From Paecilomyces variotii (Eukaryota): a stretch of 64,000 bases of DNA. The notes under the pieces were generated by a model, which saw only the letters and a list, made by a program, of their open reading frames with translations, made no database searches and had not been told where the DNA came from. The stretch is from assembly GCA_004022145.1 (NCBI GenBank), contig RCNU01000021.1; one strand, given 5' to 3'. Shown in pieces: positions 24,620 through 37,667 of this stretch (position 1 is its first letter; each line of letters starts with the position of its first letter). The translations under genes were made by a program, and so were the position numbers.

Positions 24620-25960
24620 ATGGCTAAAACATCGAAAATAGTTCTGATCACCGGGTAGGACCAACCTTGGACAATTGTTATTTCTCAGATTTCTCATGCT
24701 CACCACTACCTAGCTGTGGAGAAGGGGGTATTGGCGAGGCTCTGGCGCTGGAATACTGTGCAAAAGGTATTTTCCCTATGGAATATTGACCATGACAAAT
24801 GCGTTAAAGGGTGCAACCTCACAAATTCCAGGATGCAAGGTCCTCACTACCGTTCTTCCATGGGAACGCAAAGAACATCTGACGTCCAAGGGCATCTCTT
24901 GCTACACGCTCGACATCACCCAGGATGAATCGGTTCGAGAACTTGCAAAGACTATTCAAAAGGATTTCGGGAACTCTCTCGATATACTAGTCAATAACGC
25001 GTACGTGATCCTGGTCTCCATCAAGTGAAAAGGCCCATCTAATATCTTCCCAGAGGAATATGTAAGGCTATCCGCCTTTAATGTGGAACGTGCTTATCCG
25101 CTTCCTAGGTTACACTATGACAGCGATTGATACCGATGTCGAAGAAGTCCAGAAAATGTTTGATGTTAATCTTTTTGGCCATATGAGAATGGTCCGTGAA
25201 TTTCATCCGCTCCTGATCCGTGCTCAGGGGTGCATTGTCAACATTGGCTCCGTCGGAGGAATTGTGCCTTATATGTATGGATGTAAGTCCCTTCAACTGA
25301 CCCGTTGTCGTCGACGAAGCCTCACATTTGTAGCATCTTATAATGCAAGCAAAGCAGCTCTACATCACTGGGGAAATACACTCAGAGTTGAAATGAGCCC
25401 GCTTGGGTTAGTATCTAGTTTCTATTGACTGCTATCATGCTGACGAAACCAGGGTTCGAGTTCTGAATGTGAGGGAATCGACAAGTTCATCTTCGGGCTC
25501 CTAAGTTTAACAGAGACCGCAGATCATTTCAGGTAACATTGGAACGAAGATACTGCGACGTGACGCGTCACGGACCCTGCCAACGGGATCGTTTTACTCA
25601 AAACTCAAGGAAGAGTTTGAAGCCCATGTTCAGCGCACTCCGCGTAAGAAATATCCTCACGCTTCTTATATGCCTTACTGAAACTCACCAAGATACGACT
25701 GACCGCCACATATACGCGAAAAAGGTTGTTCCACAGTCCCTCAGAGCATACCCTCCAGCCTGGTACTGGGTGGGAAGCACCTCTGGAATCGTGTGGTTCA
25801 TGGATATCTTTGGTTTTCGTACCGCATGGGTGAGTAGTCAGTCCTCATTCGAATATGGCTCCCTAATTGGATCTAGGATTATATTCAATGGCCTGTCTTT
25901 GGCTTGGGAAAGCTGCAGAGAGAGACAAGAATGTGGCTGCAATCAGTGGTGGCTCAATAG
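24620..25960 (+). CDS. Short-chain dehydrogenase/reductase (AYR1-like), intron-rich
   Basis: Spliced protein MAKTSKIVLITG|CGEGGIGEALA...LDILVNNA|GI|CYTM...SYNASKAAL, with stop TAG at 25958-25960. Confidence 0.88.
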
Positions 25961-26452
25961 ATCGGCTCTATGTACCAATCTTCTAGTTCTGTAGACGATA
26001 GGATATTTCAAGAGGTAAACGTTCTTGATCAGGGATCTGTGTAGTTATATGTGTAGCTATCTGGCTCAAGGTATAGAAACCAAGACTATGCGCCGCACTA
26101 TGGCAGGGAGAACTCCTACAGGACTCCCTAGATGGACTGATGCCTCGAACATATATGCGTGTAGTTCCTACGAATCAACATTTGCAACCCTTGAGGATTT
26201 GTGCACATATGCATGAATAAATTCGAAATTTGGTGGCCTTATTAAATTTATTGTTGAATTGCAAGAGTCTTGTAGTACTGCACCGGATGTCTTCATAATA
26301 TCCTGATCTTGAAAAGCAAGTTGTGTTTAAGCTATAAACCTACGATCATTCATTGGAGGTGACATCTTATTGTGCACAGATATCAAAGAAAGTGTGTATA
26401 TTCTTGCTTAATTATACCATGTCTGGTCAAGGCTGAGTTGGGTCAGACTTAT

Positions 26453-27093
26453 TCAAGCGCCTCTGCCTTCATACTCCTTCTCAAGCTCCCCAAGATATCC
26501 CTCGACCTTTTCTCCATTGACAACAAGCTCTTTGCAGTCCAAGAGAATATACATCATACGACCAGGCTCTGTACCATTCCCAGTAATATTCTTCCACTTG
26601 TGGGCTGTCGCACGCTGGACACTGAGATCTCCCCTCTTCATGATACGCGATTCCCCTGAGTCAAGAGTGAGCTCAAATTCACCCTCCAGCACAATACCGT
26701 AGTCAATAGAGAGCGCTCTGTGCATGGGAGACTCCACACCAGGTCCAAAGTCGATCATCCGTACCAAGGTACCATTGTGGATATGTAGACCGGGCTGACA
26801 CTTTAGTCATGTTTCGCAATATATCTAGGATCTTGGCGATAACATACTTCATTTTCCCGGGCGTATTTGATATCTCTCTCATCGTTGAGGTCGACTGGAT
26901 TCTCGAATGTGGAATACAAGATGTTGGCAACAGCCTGGTTTTGGCCCATGACTCGGTGGTGGTCACCAGTGTCTGTCACAAGGAAATGACCCTTTCCGTC
27001 CTTGTTGTAGCCGGTTATGTGGCGCTGGATGGGACGGAGACCAGGGGCTGGGAAGCCGTCGGTGATGAAGTCGATTCCGGCGGTGGTGGCCAT
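26453..27093 (-). CDS. Cupin-domain protein (SrdD/VirC/FogC-like), 2 exons
   Basis: MATTAG...RHITG...|...[37 protein letters not shown]...QRATAHKW. Confidence 0.9.
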
Positions 27094-27220
27094 CTTTGTA
27101 CCGTGACTCTTGCTAAGCTGCGAAGTTCTGGTATGTGTATAGTCAGCTTTATGGTACATGACAGTGTACTAGAACCCTTCAATATATATGTTGGGAATGT
27201 CGCACTTTCTGAGATGCAGT

Positions 27221-27303
27221 CTGACAGCTTGACCACATAGCCAAGCCCGGTTAATTTGAGCTGACCTGACATGCTCGCTGTGCAGCCTGACAAGTATGAC
27301 AGG
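27221..27303. promoter_or_regulatory. CTGAC motif cluster upstream of the cupin gene
   Basis: CTGACAG 27221, CTGACCTGACATGC 27261-27274, CTGACA 27287 and TGACAG 27297. Confidence 0.55.
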
Positions 27304-27585
27304 CTGCGTAGACTTTTGTGGCCCAAAGTCGAAGTAAGCACCGCAGGCTGACTCGGAAGCCTTGCTCCTGTTGCTCCTGTTGGTATTGTACTATCCTTTG
27401 TCCGGACCTGAGTCTAAGAGGGATCTAAATTGTCGGCCACGGTTCGTGTCTATCTATCATCCATATGGTCAGGAATGATAGCCAACAAGTGGAATTACGG
27501 TCTAGAATTAGCTCTTCAGAAAACTTGAATATGCCACAGTAGACTACGATTCAACTTCTCCTGTCAAATATTGCCACCGAGTGTC

Positions 27586-28610
27586 TTACACATGAGCCGT
27601 CAAAGTAGTTCCACCATCCACAATCCAATTGCTTCCGGTGACATAGCTCGCTTTCGGGCTGCTTAAGAATAGGATTATATCTGCTATCTCATCCACGTGC
27701 GCAATGCGTCCCATTGGCACTGCATCCGCCATCAATCTCTCCAAATCAGGAATTCCTTCGATTGCTCGGTCGACCATCGGGGTTCCAACCCACGAAGGAC
27801 TAATGCAATTGACTCTGATTCCGTAGCGAGCGTTATCGAGAGCTGGACTCATATTAGGCTCATATACATGCTCTTTAATTGGTATATGTGACTTGACATA
27901 CCCGCATTCCGAGTCAAACCTAAAACCGCATGTTTAGAGGTCGTATACTGGGTGAGTAGCGGTGTTGCGACAAAGGACGCGCACGAAGCCAGGTTGATGA
28001 TGACACCGCGCCAGGACCCTCGTTCTGGATTCTGTTCGTTAACGAGGGTCGGATTCTGGTCCTTCATCACTTTAGAGACGGCTCTCGTGACCAGAAAGGT
28101 TCCCATGACGTTGACATTGAGAAAACGAGCAAATTCCGAAACAGACGCATCTGCGATTTCTGCTGGATCTTGCACACCGATCTAAAAGATGAAAGGGTGA
28201 GATCCAGAATGAACAAGATGAAGCAGAAGGAACCTACTCCTGCAGAATTAACGGCATAGTTGATTTGACCAAATTCCTGGATTGTCGCCGCGACGGTCGA
28301 GTCTACCTGCGTCTCGCTTGTTACATCTGCAGATAGCGCCAGAGCCTTGTACTTCGGATGAGTGGCCAGCTCACGGCTTTCAGCCGCAGCCTCTTCGGCG
28401 AAACGCAGGTTAAGATCCACGAAGACAACTCCAGCAGCGCCCTCCTTTGCGAATGCAAGAGCACATGCTTTTCCAATACCGCTCCCTGCAGCAGCGAATG
28501 AGTTTATAGGACAAAGATTGAAAACAGAGAGAGGGGGAGAGAGAAAAGACATCAGAGTAACAATGGTACCTACCTGCGCCGGTTACCAGAGCGTATCCGT
28601 CGATATTCAT
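27586..28610 (-). CDS. Short-chain dehydrogenase/reductase (classical), 4 exons
   Basis: MNIDGYALVTGA|GSGIG, AVNSAG, YTTSK, IRVNCISPSWVGT and VDGG motifs. Confidence 0.9.
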
Positions 28611-28788
28611 TGTGTTAACAATACTTGAGAAGGCAAGCTGTAGCAAACAGATCCAGTGAATTGAGAAGCATAATATACAGATATGGCACTTAAGCCCTTC
28701 ATCTCGAAATATAGTATCCAGGCACTACTGGGATCCAGCAGTGGCAAACAACACTGGGGCTCTCTCTATTCTGTATTCTTGGCCTGCG

Positions 28789-28922
28789 GTCAGCGTCAGA
28801 CGCGGTGATTATCCCGCTAATCTGACACGGAACTATGCCGCTGTGTAATCTGACAGGGGATTATATTTCTCGCACGAGGCAGCCAAATATAAAACTTCTA
28901 TAGAGCGGTGTCATATCTGACA
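28789..28922. promoter_or_regulatory. CTGACA motifs upstream of the second SDR
   Basis: TAATCTGACA occurs twice (28818, 28846); TGTCA 28909; TCTGACA 28916. Confidence 0.5.
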
Positions 28923-29220
28923 TTATGCTTTTTATAAGGCTCTAATTACTGATTCATAGTCTTGTGTACCAGGTTTGCACGCAGTAGGGTTTCGCGTTTC
29001 CATAATATTATGTATCGTCTCGCTAGTGCTTGGCGATAATTCTAAATGTGTCTCGCCGCGAGCTCGAAGTCTAGACGAAATTTGCAATTTCGGAAGAATC
29101 TGAGAAGCCCATCAAATTTTATTCAGTTCTGTATTTCTATATTGGTTAAATAAAGGGCATAGGACATACAATGCTGACCTAACTAAGTATTGACGCATTC
29201 CTCTAACTGATGAGCTTCGT

Positions 29221-30444
29221 TCACTCATGCTCATTCGCATTCCCAATATACACCACAATCACTCGCTGCTGGTCCTCCGAATTCTCATCCAGATAATACC
29301 GTGTATCTGTTGTCAGCGGTGGCGACGGTGGACCCACTCTAGCACTAGAGAGCCTCGGGAAACCCCTGCGATCCGTCTGCGAGGGAACTCCCAACTTGAT
29401 CGTCACATTAGATTGTCGAGCTAGTTCGGACAACGCCGGGCTTTCCTGGATTATCCGGTGTAGCTGATTGAGATCCTCTCGATTGTGGTACACATGGCAA
29501 CCGCAGTTCATACAGGCTCTGCTCTCGATACTTGCTGGGTGTAGAGTACTATGCGGGGTTGTCTGATGGACTTTGGGAACTGTGCGCGTGGAATTAGGGT
29601 TGGTTGAGTGACGGGACGAACACCAGTTCCCTAGCTCGCAGAATGAGCGACACTGGCCTTGCGGTGCCCGCCAGGGATCGGCGGGAACTTGACTAGGAGG
29701 GGTATATGACCCTGATGAGTGAAAGAAGTCAGGGCCATTATTATTATTGTGTTTCGATCCGTGGAGGATGGCCCCCACGGAGCTGGAATCATGTGACAGG
29801 ATACTTACCTTGGTCGATGCCAACGACAGATCCCATGCTGGACTTTACATTTTCGGAGTCGAACAGGAAGGGAATCGGTGAGGATACTGGTCCGGACAGG
29901 TGACAGTCCATGGGGACGTAGTCCTGGCTGGGCAGTGCCGTGCTCGTTTCGTCCCCAGGCATGCGAGGTGAAATCGTCTCCGGATAGGTAGCTCCATCTA
30001 GTAGGTCATCGATGGAGAGTTGTGGGTCAAATTCGGGCAAGTTCAGCTCCTTGTTGGAATCCAAGGTGGACGTCTGACTGTCGGACGCGTCGTGTGCATC
30101 AGGTTGCGTCAAACACCGAGATGTATATTTCCTATTCGTAACAGTTGCAGCAACGCCTCTGGGAATAGCCGCCACTTCGTTGGCACCGCTGTCCACAGTC
30201 GCTGTCGGATCTGAAGCCGCTGCAGAGCCTAATTCCAGATGAACAGACTGGTTCTGAAGGCGTTTTCGTTCGCCTGTGTGAATTGACTCCCGTCAGCTCA
30301 CTAGAAACAGCTTCGATTGTAAGGAGAGATATCCTCACGGTGTCTGCGCTGAGACATGCGATTCTGGATTCGCTTTCGAAGTCCTGGCTCGGCGACCTGG
30401 ATCCAGTCCTCCCATTCTACCTGTTCACTTCTTGATGGTGTCAT
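29221..30444 (-). CDS. bZIP-type transcription factor, 3 exons; putative cluster regulator
   Basis: Exon 1 (absent from the ORF track) encodes MTPSRSEQVEWEDWIQVAEPGLRKRIQNRMSQRRH. A GT-AG intron (30338-30274) joins it to R-ERKRLQ... A second intron near 29808-29712 joins the 29221 ORF. Confidence 0.8.
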
Positions 30445-33126
30445 TAGAAATCTCATACGAAAAATAGCACAATACGCAGAAGCACGTTCTAAGGGTCGGT
30501 CCAGATGAGAAGCTCCGGCCTGATAACGAGATAGCCAAGAATCTAGTCGCAGACCTTCTAATATATTTTCTCTACAAGAACCTCTGTCAAGTCAGCTGGA
30601 AAGGATGTTATATATGTCGATGCATTTACAATCAATTCATAATAAGCAGCACGGCCATATATGGCGTGATGTTGACGATAAGATCGAAGACGGCTCGGGA
30701 AAGTCGACAGAAATGAAACCCCTGGCGCCGTTCCCTCGGTGCTGTAACCTCGTATCTGTCCCCCAAATGGAATGGGAAGGGGGCTGGCTGTGAGGGAGAA
30801 GGGGCTGGCTGTGAAGGAGAATGATACAATCGCATTACAATGTTCGGCCTCGTTGCTCTGACTGCATACCAGAGCTAGTCGAGAACTATGAGGGCTGAGA
30901 TTCATGCATGGTTTGTCACTGTTCAGGCTTGTGGACAAGGAATCTAGAGATACTATCGATATAAGCTGAGGAAGGACCGGACACACCAGTAGAGTGTTCT
31001 TACTATCAAAACAAATGCTATGCCTAACTTGGTACAAGCAGCGGGTGACATCCTGGCAGATCCGCGTACTGATGAGTATTATACGGTAGAAGTGTGCTAT
31101 TATGCGCACTTCGGAATTCGTTCACCTATTGAATACAAAGATAGGCATCTACGTACTGGTTCTCGGAGAAAGGTAATCGAGTATATGCATTTTGGCTTAC
31201 CAAGAATGTAAGAAATGAAGATTAGGTGAGCACTATCTTCTCCATTGCTAAGGACAGCACGCATGCATATAATTACATGACGGACCAATCACTTAAGCCA
31301 TGTCCTGACTCGCGACTACCTGAGAGATGCGGATCTCCACGAAGATCTTGTTATCTTCGAGTCTCATGCGAGACGTTTGATACGCCAAAATACGCAAAAT
31401 TTCTCCATACGCGGTGCTATTGACAGGATTAGTCCTTCAGTTTCCCGTTTAGTTGCCGCTCTTATCTATCCTTACCGTGCAATCCCCTTGGCGTTCATAC
31501 GCACATGTTATTTGTCAGGATCGAAATAGAGCCAGTCTCCTGCAAATACAACATCCGTGTTGACGGTGGGAGAGAGGCCAGGGACGGTAGATATGGTATG
31601 TACCTCCAGATGTTGTCTGGTGTCCGGCGGTCAGCCCATTCCGATTGCAAACTAAAGCCAGTCATTAGAAAGAGAAAGAAGTGTGCGGTGTCTCCTGTAG
31701 ACATTATCACCCCAAACTCGCTCAAAAAGCCTTAATGACCAAAGGCCAATGAGGTTGACACACAGTCACTCACATAGTGAATAAATTCGGATCCAGAATT
31801 AACCTCGCCCATTCCATGATGAAGAAGCAAAATGCGCCAGCCATAGTCAGCCGCATAATTTCTTTTTTCTATATAAACCACTGGGAAATAGGACCCGCAC
31901 CGACGGGCTGGCCTCTACCTGCAACTAGCTAATGGTCCCAAGAATTAACTCACGTAGCGAATCTCGGACGGCCCAAGCAGCTGTGGCGTGCAGCTTGAGG
32001 ATAAGCGGGTCTGAGGGAGGGGAACCCAGTCTGGACGTGTTCCATCGTGGGATTATGGCGTTTAATCCGATGCGAAGGGGAAGATGAGACTGATTGTCAA
32101 TTGCCAGGTGGGCTGGAGAACCAAGGCTGGGCAAGTTCCAATATTGAGATACTGTATCTAACCCTCTTTTATAATTCATATAATCGTTTTGCTGCAGCAC
32201 TTTTGGGGGGGGGATTCCACCACTCAGACCTACGTCAAATGTTGGAGCTGCATGCTACGTCCTTTGTAGCTGCTGTCATAATAATGATCTGACTGTCAGC
32301 CGTAACTATGTCTAAGGGTGACCTGAGTTCCTCTAAACCGATTGCACTGTCAGACGGCCCGTAGTGGCCGGATGACCCGACTTGCAATTTCCAGCAGCAT
32401 CCTGCTGAACCTTATGCACAGGTGTGTCGATTCCGCTTTATGCGATCTAGTAAGCCAACCCTTCTCGAAGTCAAAAGCATAGTTCGTAAATTAATTGATT
32501 TGACTGCCCCACCCGTTCCTCTATCTGCTATACTTGGGGCTTATGTCTGTGCTGCGCAGTTTATTATAAACTTTTTAGTGCTTACCACAAGAGACTTTCC
32601 TTCTCTATGACTCAGTTCTAACAGCCGCTAACTCTAAGGCCACAGTTTATACATCTTCGCGGGGTTAGATCTGCTTACCCTGCGAGATAAGCAGATCTAG
32701 CAAGGATATGCCGTAGCCACGTAGAAATGAACGAATGGTGCTAGAGTATGCATGTATATCGACATTTCAGGTGGCCTGGGTTTTCTTTTAGTTACCTAGT
32801 TAGGCTAGGTCGGCGTGTATCCCTTCGCGGAAGGCATTACCAGCTGCCTAAGTAATCTGTGCCATTTTACAGGCTTAACAGCGTCGCTGTACGACCTGAT
32901 CTCAGGAAGCAACGCTAAATATGTTCGTAAAAAGCCAGGTTCACAGGAAAGTGAGAGTGGTCTGTTTGGCATCAACCCACATAATATTGTCTAACCTTTT
33001 ACCTGAAACGAAAATATTCGTTGACTAGTGAGGACGGGCAATCGCTTTCCACATTATATTCTCACTGGTGGTTTAAACCCTACATTTCTATAGCTGGTTG
33101 CATTCACATGTGAAATTTGGCGATCC

Positions 33127-35038
33127 TTAAGAGGTGATATTGTGTGATCGCTCCTTGATTTTGATCCAAAAGTCATGGTGTACCAGCAATGCCAGATTCT
33201 CCTGCCTCCACACGGGCCGGGAGCCGTTGTTAATCGTGGGATAGAACAGACGGAAGAACTACCAGGAAAGCAGGCAAATTCAGCAATCTCATAATGGCAA
33301 TAGTCGGGGACCCGGACAGCACACACGGTTTACGAGGGAGTAAGATAGCCGTGCGAAACAAAAAAGGTGTGGCTACATACCTGGATCAACAACTTGTACG
33401 TCTCCAATAGGGCAATATTTTTTCCCAGGCAGATTCGTGTGCCATATCCCCACGTCAGGATGTACTTGTCCATGAATGCGGCACGATCCCGATCCAACCA
33501 CCGTTCGGGACGAAATTTATCAGCGTCGTCGCCAAAGACTCGAGGATTACGGTGAATCACGTACGGATTGGCACCAATCTCGGTCCCCGGGGGTATGAAC
33601 CTGTTGTTGAGAGTATAGCCATCTTTAGAGACGTACCTAGGTATAATCATGGGGGTAGACGGTTGATACCGCATTGTCTCCTTATAGCATGCAGTGAAGT
33701 AGGGCATTTCTTTGATCTGAATGACGTGAGCACTACCTCCTATATTGTAAAAACAGGGCAAAATGCCCACCTGATCGTATAAAGGAACTGGATGTCTGAG
33801 CAGTCCACGGCGATCAAAGTCGTCAATTTCCGCCGCGAGTTTGTCATAGACACCAGGAGTCTCGAGAACATAACGCAGAAACCCACAAAAAAATGCCGCT
33901 GTGGTATCCGACGCCGCCACCATGAGAACAAAGCATTCTGTCTTCACTTCCTCGATGGTGATCGGGGTGCCATCTGCATTTTTCGCGTTAAGAATATTGT
34001 CGAGAAAGTCACCTCTCTGGGACGCTTTAGGGTTGTTTAAGCGCTCAGCCAGGAGGTTATCACGGAACTGGGAGAAAATTAGTTATATCGTCCGCATTTT
34101 TCAATATATTGAAGTTCCACCAAGTCATACCGCCATAATTTTCCCAGTTCCCGAGTTGTCACCGGGCTTCGGCATAAGATAGCGCCGGGTGATGAAGTTT
34201 TCGAGAAACGGTCTCACTAGCCACGGCAGTGCTCCTACCACTGCCGCGAACGGGGCCATATCGTGGAAGTTTTCGATTAGATTTTCGACGTCGCGTCCTT
34301 GAGTGATGAATCCTATGGGTTCTCCGAAAGAAAGCTGGCAAATCATGTCGTACGCAAACCATCTGCAGGAATACATTCTGTCAGTCCAAAGTGTCTATAC
34401 AGATTCTCTTTCGGGAAAGAACAGTCCATTTGGGAGCCACAGCCACGGAAGACTTACTGCGACCATGCAGCGAAGTCCATTTCCTTTCCGGTCTCGGCGA
34501 ACTTGTCCTTTAGTACAGTGGTCCATTGCATGATCCGGTCATCAACCTGACCCTCGAGGGATTTGAGGTTGGTCAAGGTGAACTACAACATCAGTGACTA
34601 AGTCAGTATGCTAGCGCTTCTCACGGCTAATAAACAGAGCCTACTCACAGAAGCAGCAACACGCTTCCGTTTGGCAGCATGTTCATCATGCTTGAGTGTC
34701 TGGAATGGCGGTGCCACCTCTCCTAGGACTCCGACAGTGTAGACATCGGTCTTATCCACATGGCGGTGGTAGATTGTTGGGAGCCAAGAGGGATCATTGA
34801 CAGCCAACAGGTTAGGTGCTGCACGAACTATGGGTCCGTATTTCTCATGGTATTTCAGCCCCAGAATATGAGCTTGCTTTGTATGCAAGATCCAAAGCTT
34901 GAAGAAATCCGAAACGGATGCCCAGAAAGGGCCAGGAAAGTCACGAAGGGGGTGGAAATATCGATTGTATATCCCACGATATAGAGCATAGGAGAATATT
35001 AATCCGAGAGATAAGACCACGATTCCTACAAGGTCCAT
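33127..35038 (-). CDS. Cytochrome P450 (VirE/FogE-like position), about 6 exons
   Basis: N-terminal TM anchor, FPGPFWA, AASDTT, ETMR, PERW and heme motif WGYGTRICLG. The last exon FFRLFYP...SHNITS* ends at 33127. Confidence 0.92.
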
Positions 35039-35133
35039 TGTCAGAAAATAAACTGTCTTGAAGTTGCCGCAAACCGAGACGTGAATAGTGCCTAATGGAC
35101 TATGAAATACGGTATCCTTCAGTGCTGCTGGAC

Positions 35134-35316
35134 TGACACTTATCTACCGCGAGTATGGTCTGGACGTCATAAGGAAAGTAGTTCACCCTCTCAAGCTTAC
35201 GGTCTATTTGGCCTACACTTCTTCCCAGCTGACAGTGTCTGACCTGACATGCATAACAATGCAAGCCACCAAGTTCGAGAGTTGCCGTACCTCCGGAACT
35301 CGACGCGATCTGACAG
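35134..35316. promoter_or_regulatory. CTGAC motif cluster upstream of the P450
   Basis: CTGACAC 35134, CTGACAG 35229, CTGACCTGACATGC 35239-35252 and CTGACAG 35310. Confidence 0.55.
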
Positions 35317-35630
35317 CACGTGGAGACGGATCTGGATAAACCAGTCAAAAAAAAAAAGTTGAAAAAGGCAAAAGAAAATTGGGCTGAATCCAGACTGAGA
35401 TTCGTGCGAATGTTCCGGATTAGACGAGAGCTCAACGAGCAACCAGTATGCTCAAAGTCTTATTAATCTACACATAGCCGCATGATAACGAGAGAAGACG
35501 CTTGTATGATCAGATGACGCGGAGAGCAATCCATCATCCGACACTTCGGCATCGGCAGCAGAAACAATGTCTTAGCAGAAATCGATGTTCATTCCCAGCA
35601 AAGGTTCAAGGAAAAAATGGCAGTAGGCAA

Positions 35631-37192
35631 TCAGAGTGAGGATTTTGCGCGAATCTCCAGAAACAATTGCCATACATTATCTGGGCTGTTGCCTTGTAAT
35701 CGCAGGCAGATACCGTCCAGTAACTGGGATACGCGAGTCTCGAAAAACCACAAGGGCTTCAAAGTCTGTAGAAGCAGAAAGTAATACGCCAGGAGCAGCA
35801 GTGCCCCTGGATGGTTTGCCTGGAGTAGATCTAAATATTCAGAGGGCACACGCAAGGGCCATGCATTAAGGGCATCCCAGACGGTGAACGCTGCCCCCCG
35901 TTGACGGGCAAATTCGAATGCCTCTACCAAAAGAATAGCCGCGCTACGATAGACACTTTCCGACCAAAAGCCCATTGTGGATGGTCCGTCGGGCAAGACG
36001 GAAAACAGGGAGTTGAGCAACGGATCGGTATCCAAGTCTATCGAGACACAGAGGTCGTCCCGCCAGAGCTTGCTCAGTGGGGCCAGCGGTCCCTCACTAA
36101 TCTTGGACCAAACGGGAGAGAGCATCGAACATCCAGCACGAAGGAGATGGATCGTGTGTGAATCGTTACCCGTGCCACTTGGAAAGAGGAACAGATTCCC
36201 TCCCTCTCCCTCCTCCGTCCCCAGCGAGCAGACCACTAGCATAAAGGCGAAGGCGAGAATCGATTCACCATTATCATCATTCACATGCATGATTGTCGAT
36301 CGAAATTCCGGTATGGCAAGTTCCTGATGATGCAGTGCGTCAATGACATATCGCGGCCGATTCGACGGATCTCCGTACGCCAGGTGTAGAGCTGAACATG
36401 CTAAGATACCGTGCATCAAGAAAGGGAACCCGGCCGCCAGTCGTGGAACAATTTCTTTGAACACCCGCTGCACCGCAGGGTCGCTAGAAAAAGTGAGGTA
36501 TGTAAAGTTCACGTAGTGATGGAAGAGATTGGAATCGCTTCTGCTGAGGGCAACAGGGCTTAAAGGAGTCATAAACATTGTGGGTTCGCTCGCTGGAGTC
36601 GACAGAGCGCGCTATATGTAGAACTCGTCGGATTAGCAGAAAGGCCTTCTGCCTACCTTGATCCCTCCCGCCAGAATTCACTTACTGTGCTCCAGAGGTC
36701 AGTATCACTGCTATTCCCGCTCCCACTCGCACTGGGTTGATCCGCAGGAGGCATGGCGGATGATCGATTCGTAAAGTATCTGAGGGCATTGCCTTTGAAG
36801 AAGGTCTGTAATTTCACGGGATGCCAGTCCAAGCCCTCCCGACCCGCGATCTGGTGCACTGATAAGCAGTGGTGTCTCATCCGTTTGGTAGTCACACAGA
36901 GATGTTCGCAGCCTGGAAATCGACATGACAATCCATTCAGGACCGGCAAGAATGGCACCGGAAAATGGGATTCATCGGGAGGAACCACGTCCTGGGGACC
37001 TGCGATCGCGAACTTGGAGGCATACTCCATGAAAGGTTTGCGCTGGGCATGGTTCAGATGATGGATTTCCTTCAGATGACGCATGACCGCGCTCGGCTGG
37101 ACCGCATGTTGACATGGCAGACAGATCAAGACACGGTGGAGAGGGAGATAGCGGAACAGGTTGTCGGGAGCAAGATCGGGATGTTCATCCAT
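35631..37192 (-). CDS. DUF3505 (OrsD-like) zinc-finger protein fused to a fungal-specific (Upc2-like) TF domain, 2 exons
   Basis: Exon 1: VLICLPCQHAV...RHLKEIH, CRFPGC...MRHHCLSVH, VKLQTFF. Intron at ~36685-36612. Exon 2: LFHHY...FPFLMHGILACSALHL...ALLLLAYY. The first in-frame ATG is at 37192. Confidence 0.78.
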
Positions 37193-37667
37193 GATGGACG
37201 GCGACCCATTGTACAAGCAACAGCTTGAAGAAGAGTGTGGTATTCTTTTAGAAACCTAGCTTCGCTTGGAGGGGGGACTCATAGCTCGATGGCGGTAATA
37301 CAGAATGCTGATGCTGATGCTGATGCTGACGAGTGCACAGACGGGGCGGGAACTGTCGGTGGGAGTGGAGATGGAGATCTACACTACGGAGAGGTACTTA
37401 GATAAGGGACCAGACTAACTAGATATAGTAAGGAGAAGTTAACTCCAAGGACTTGATTCCGGCTTACTAACAACGGGACAAACGCCCATGGGACTAATTA
37501 AAGAATTAAAACTAACGCATCCAGACTCAGGTATTAGAGCAGAGCGATTGACATAGAGAAACAACGACAGCAGGAGCCAGCGGAAGCATACGAACAAGGG
37601 AACCGAGAATCAAGAGAACATGTTCCTCCACCAGTAAATCAGGAATGGCTTTTCCATCACGACACAC

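Noticed and set aside
30558-32610. Short ORFs between the bZIP gene and the P450
   Set aside because: No recognisable domain and no consistent exon chain.
37306-37330. (TGCTGA)4 as a Maf-type bZIP site array
   Set aside because: More simply a hexamer microsatellite; only the last unit forms TGCTGAC.
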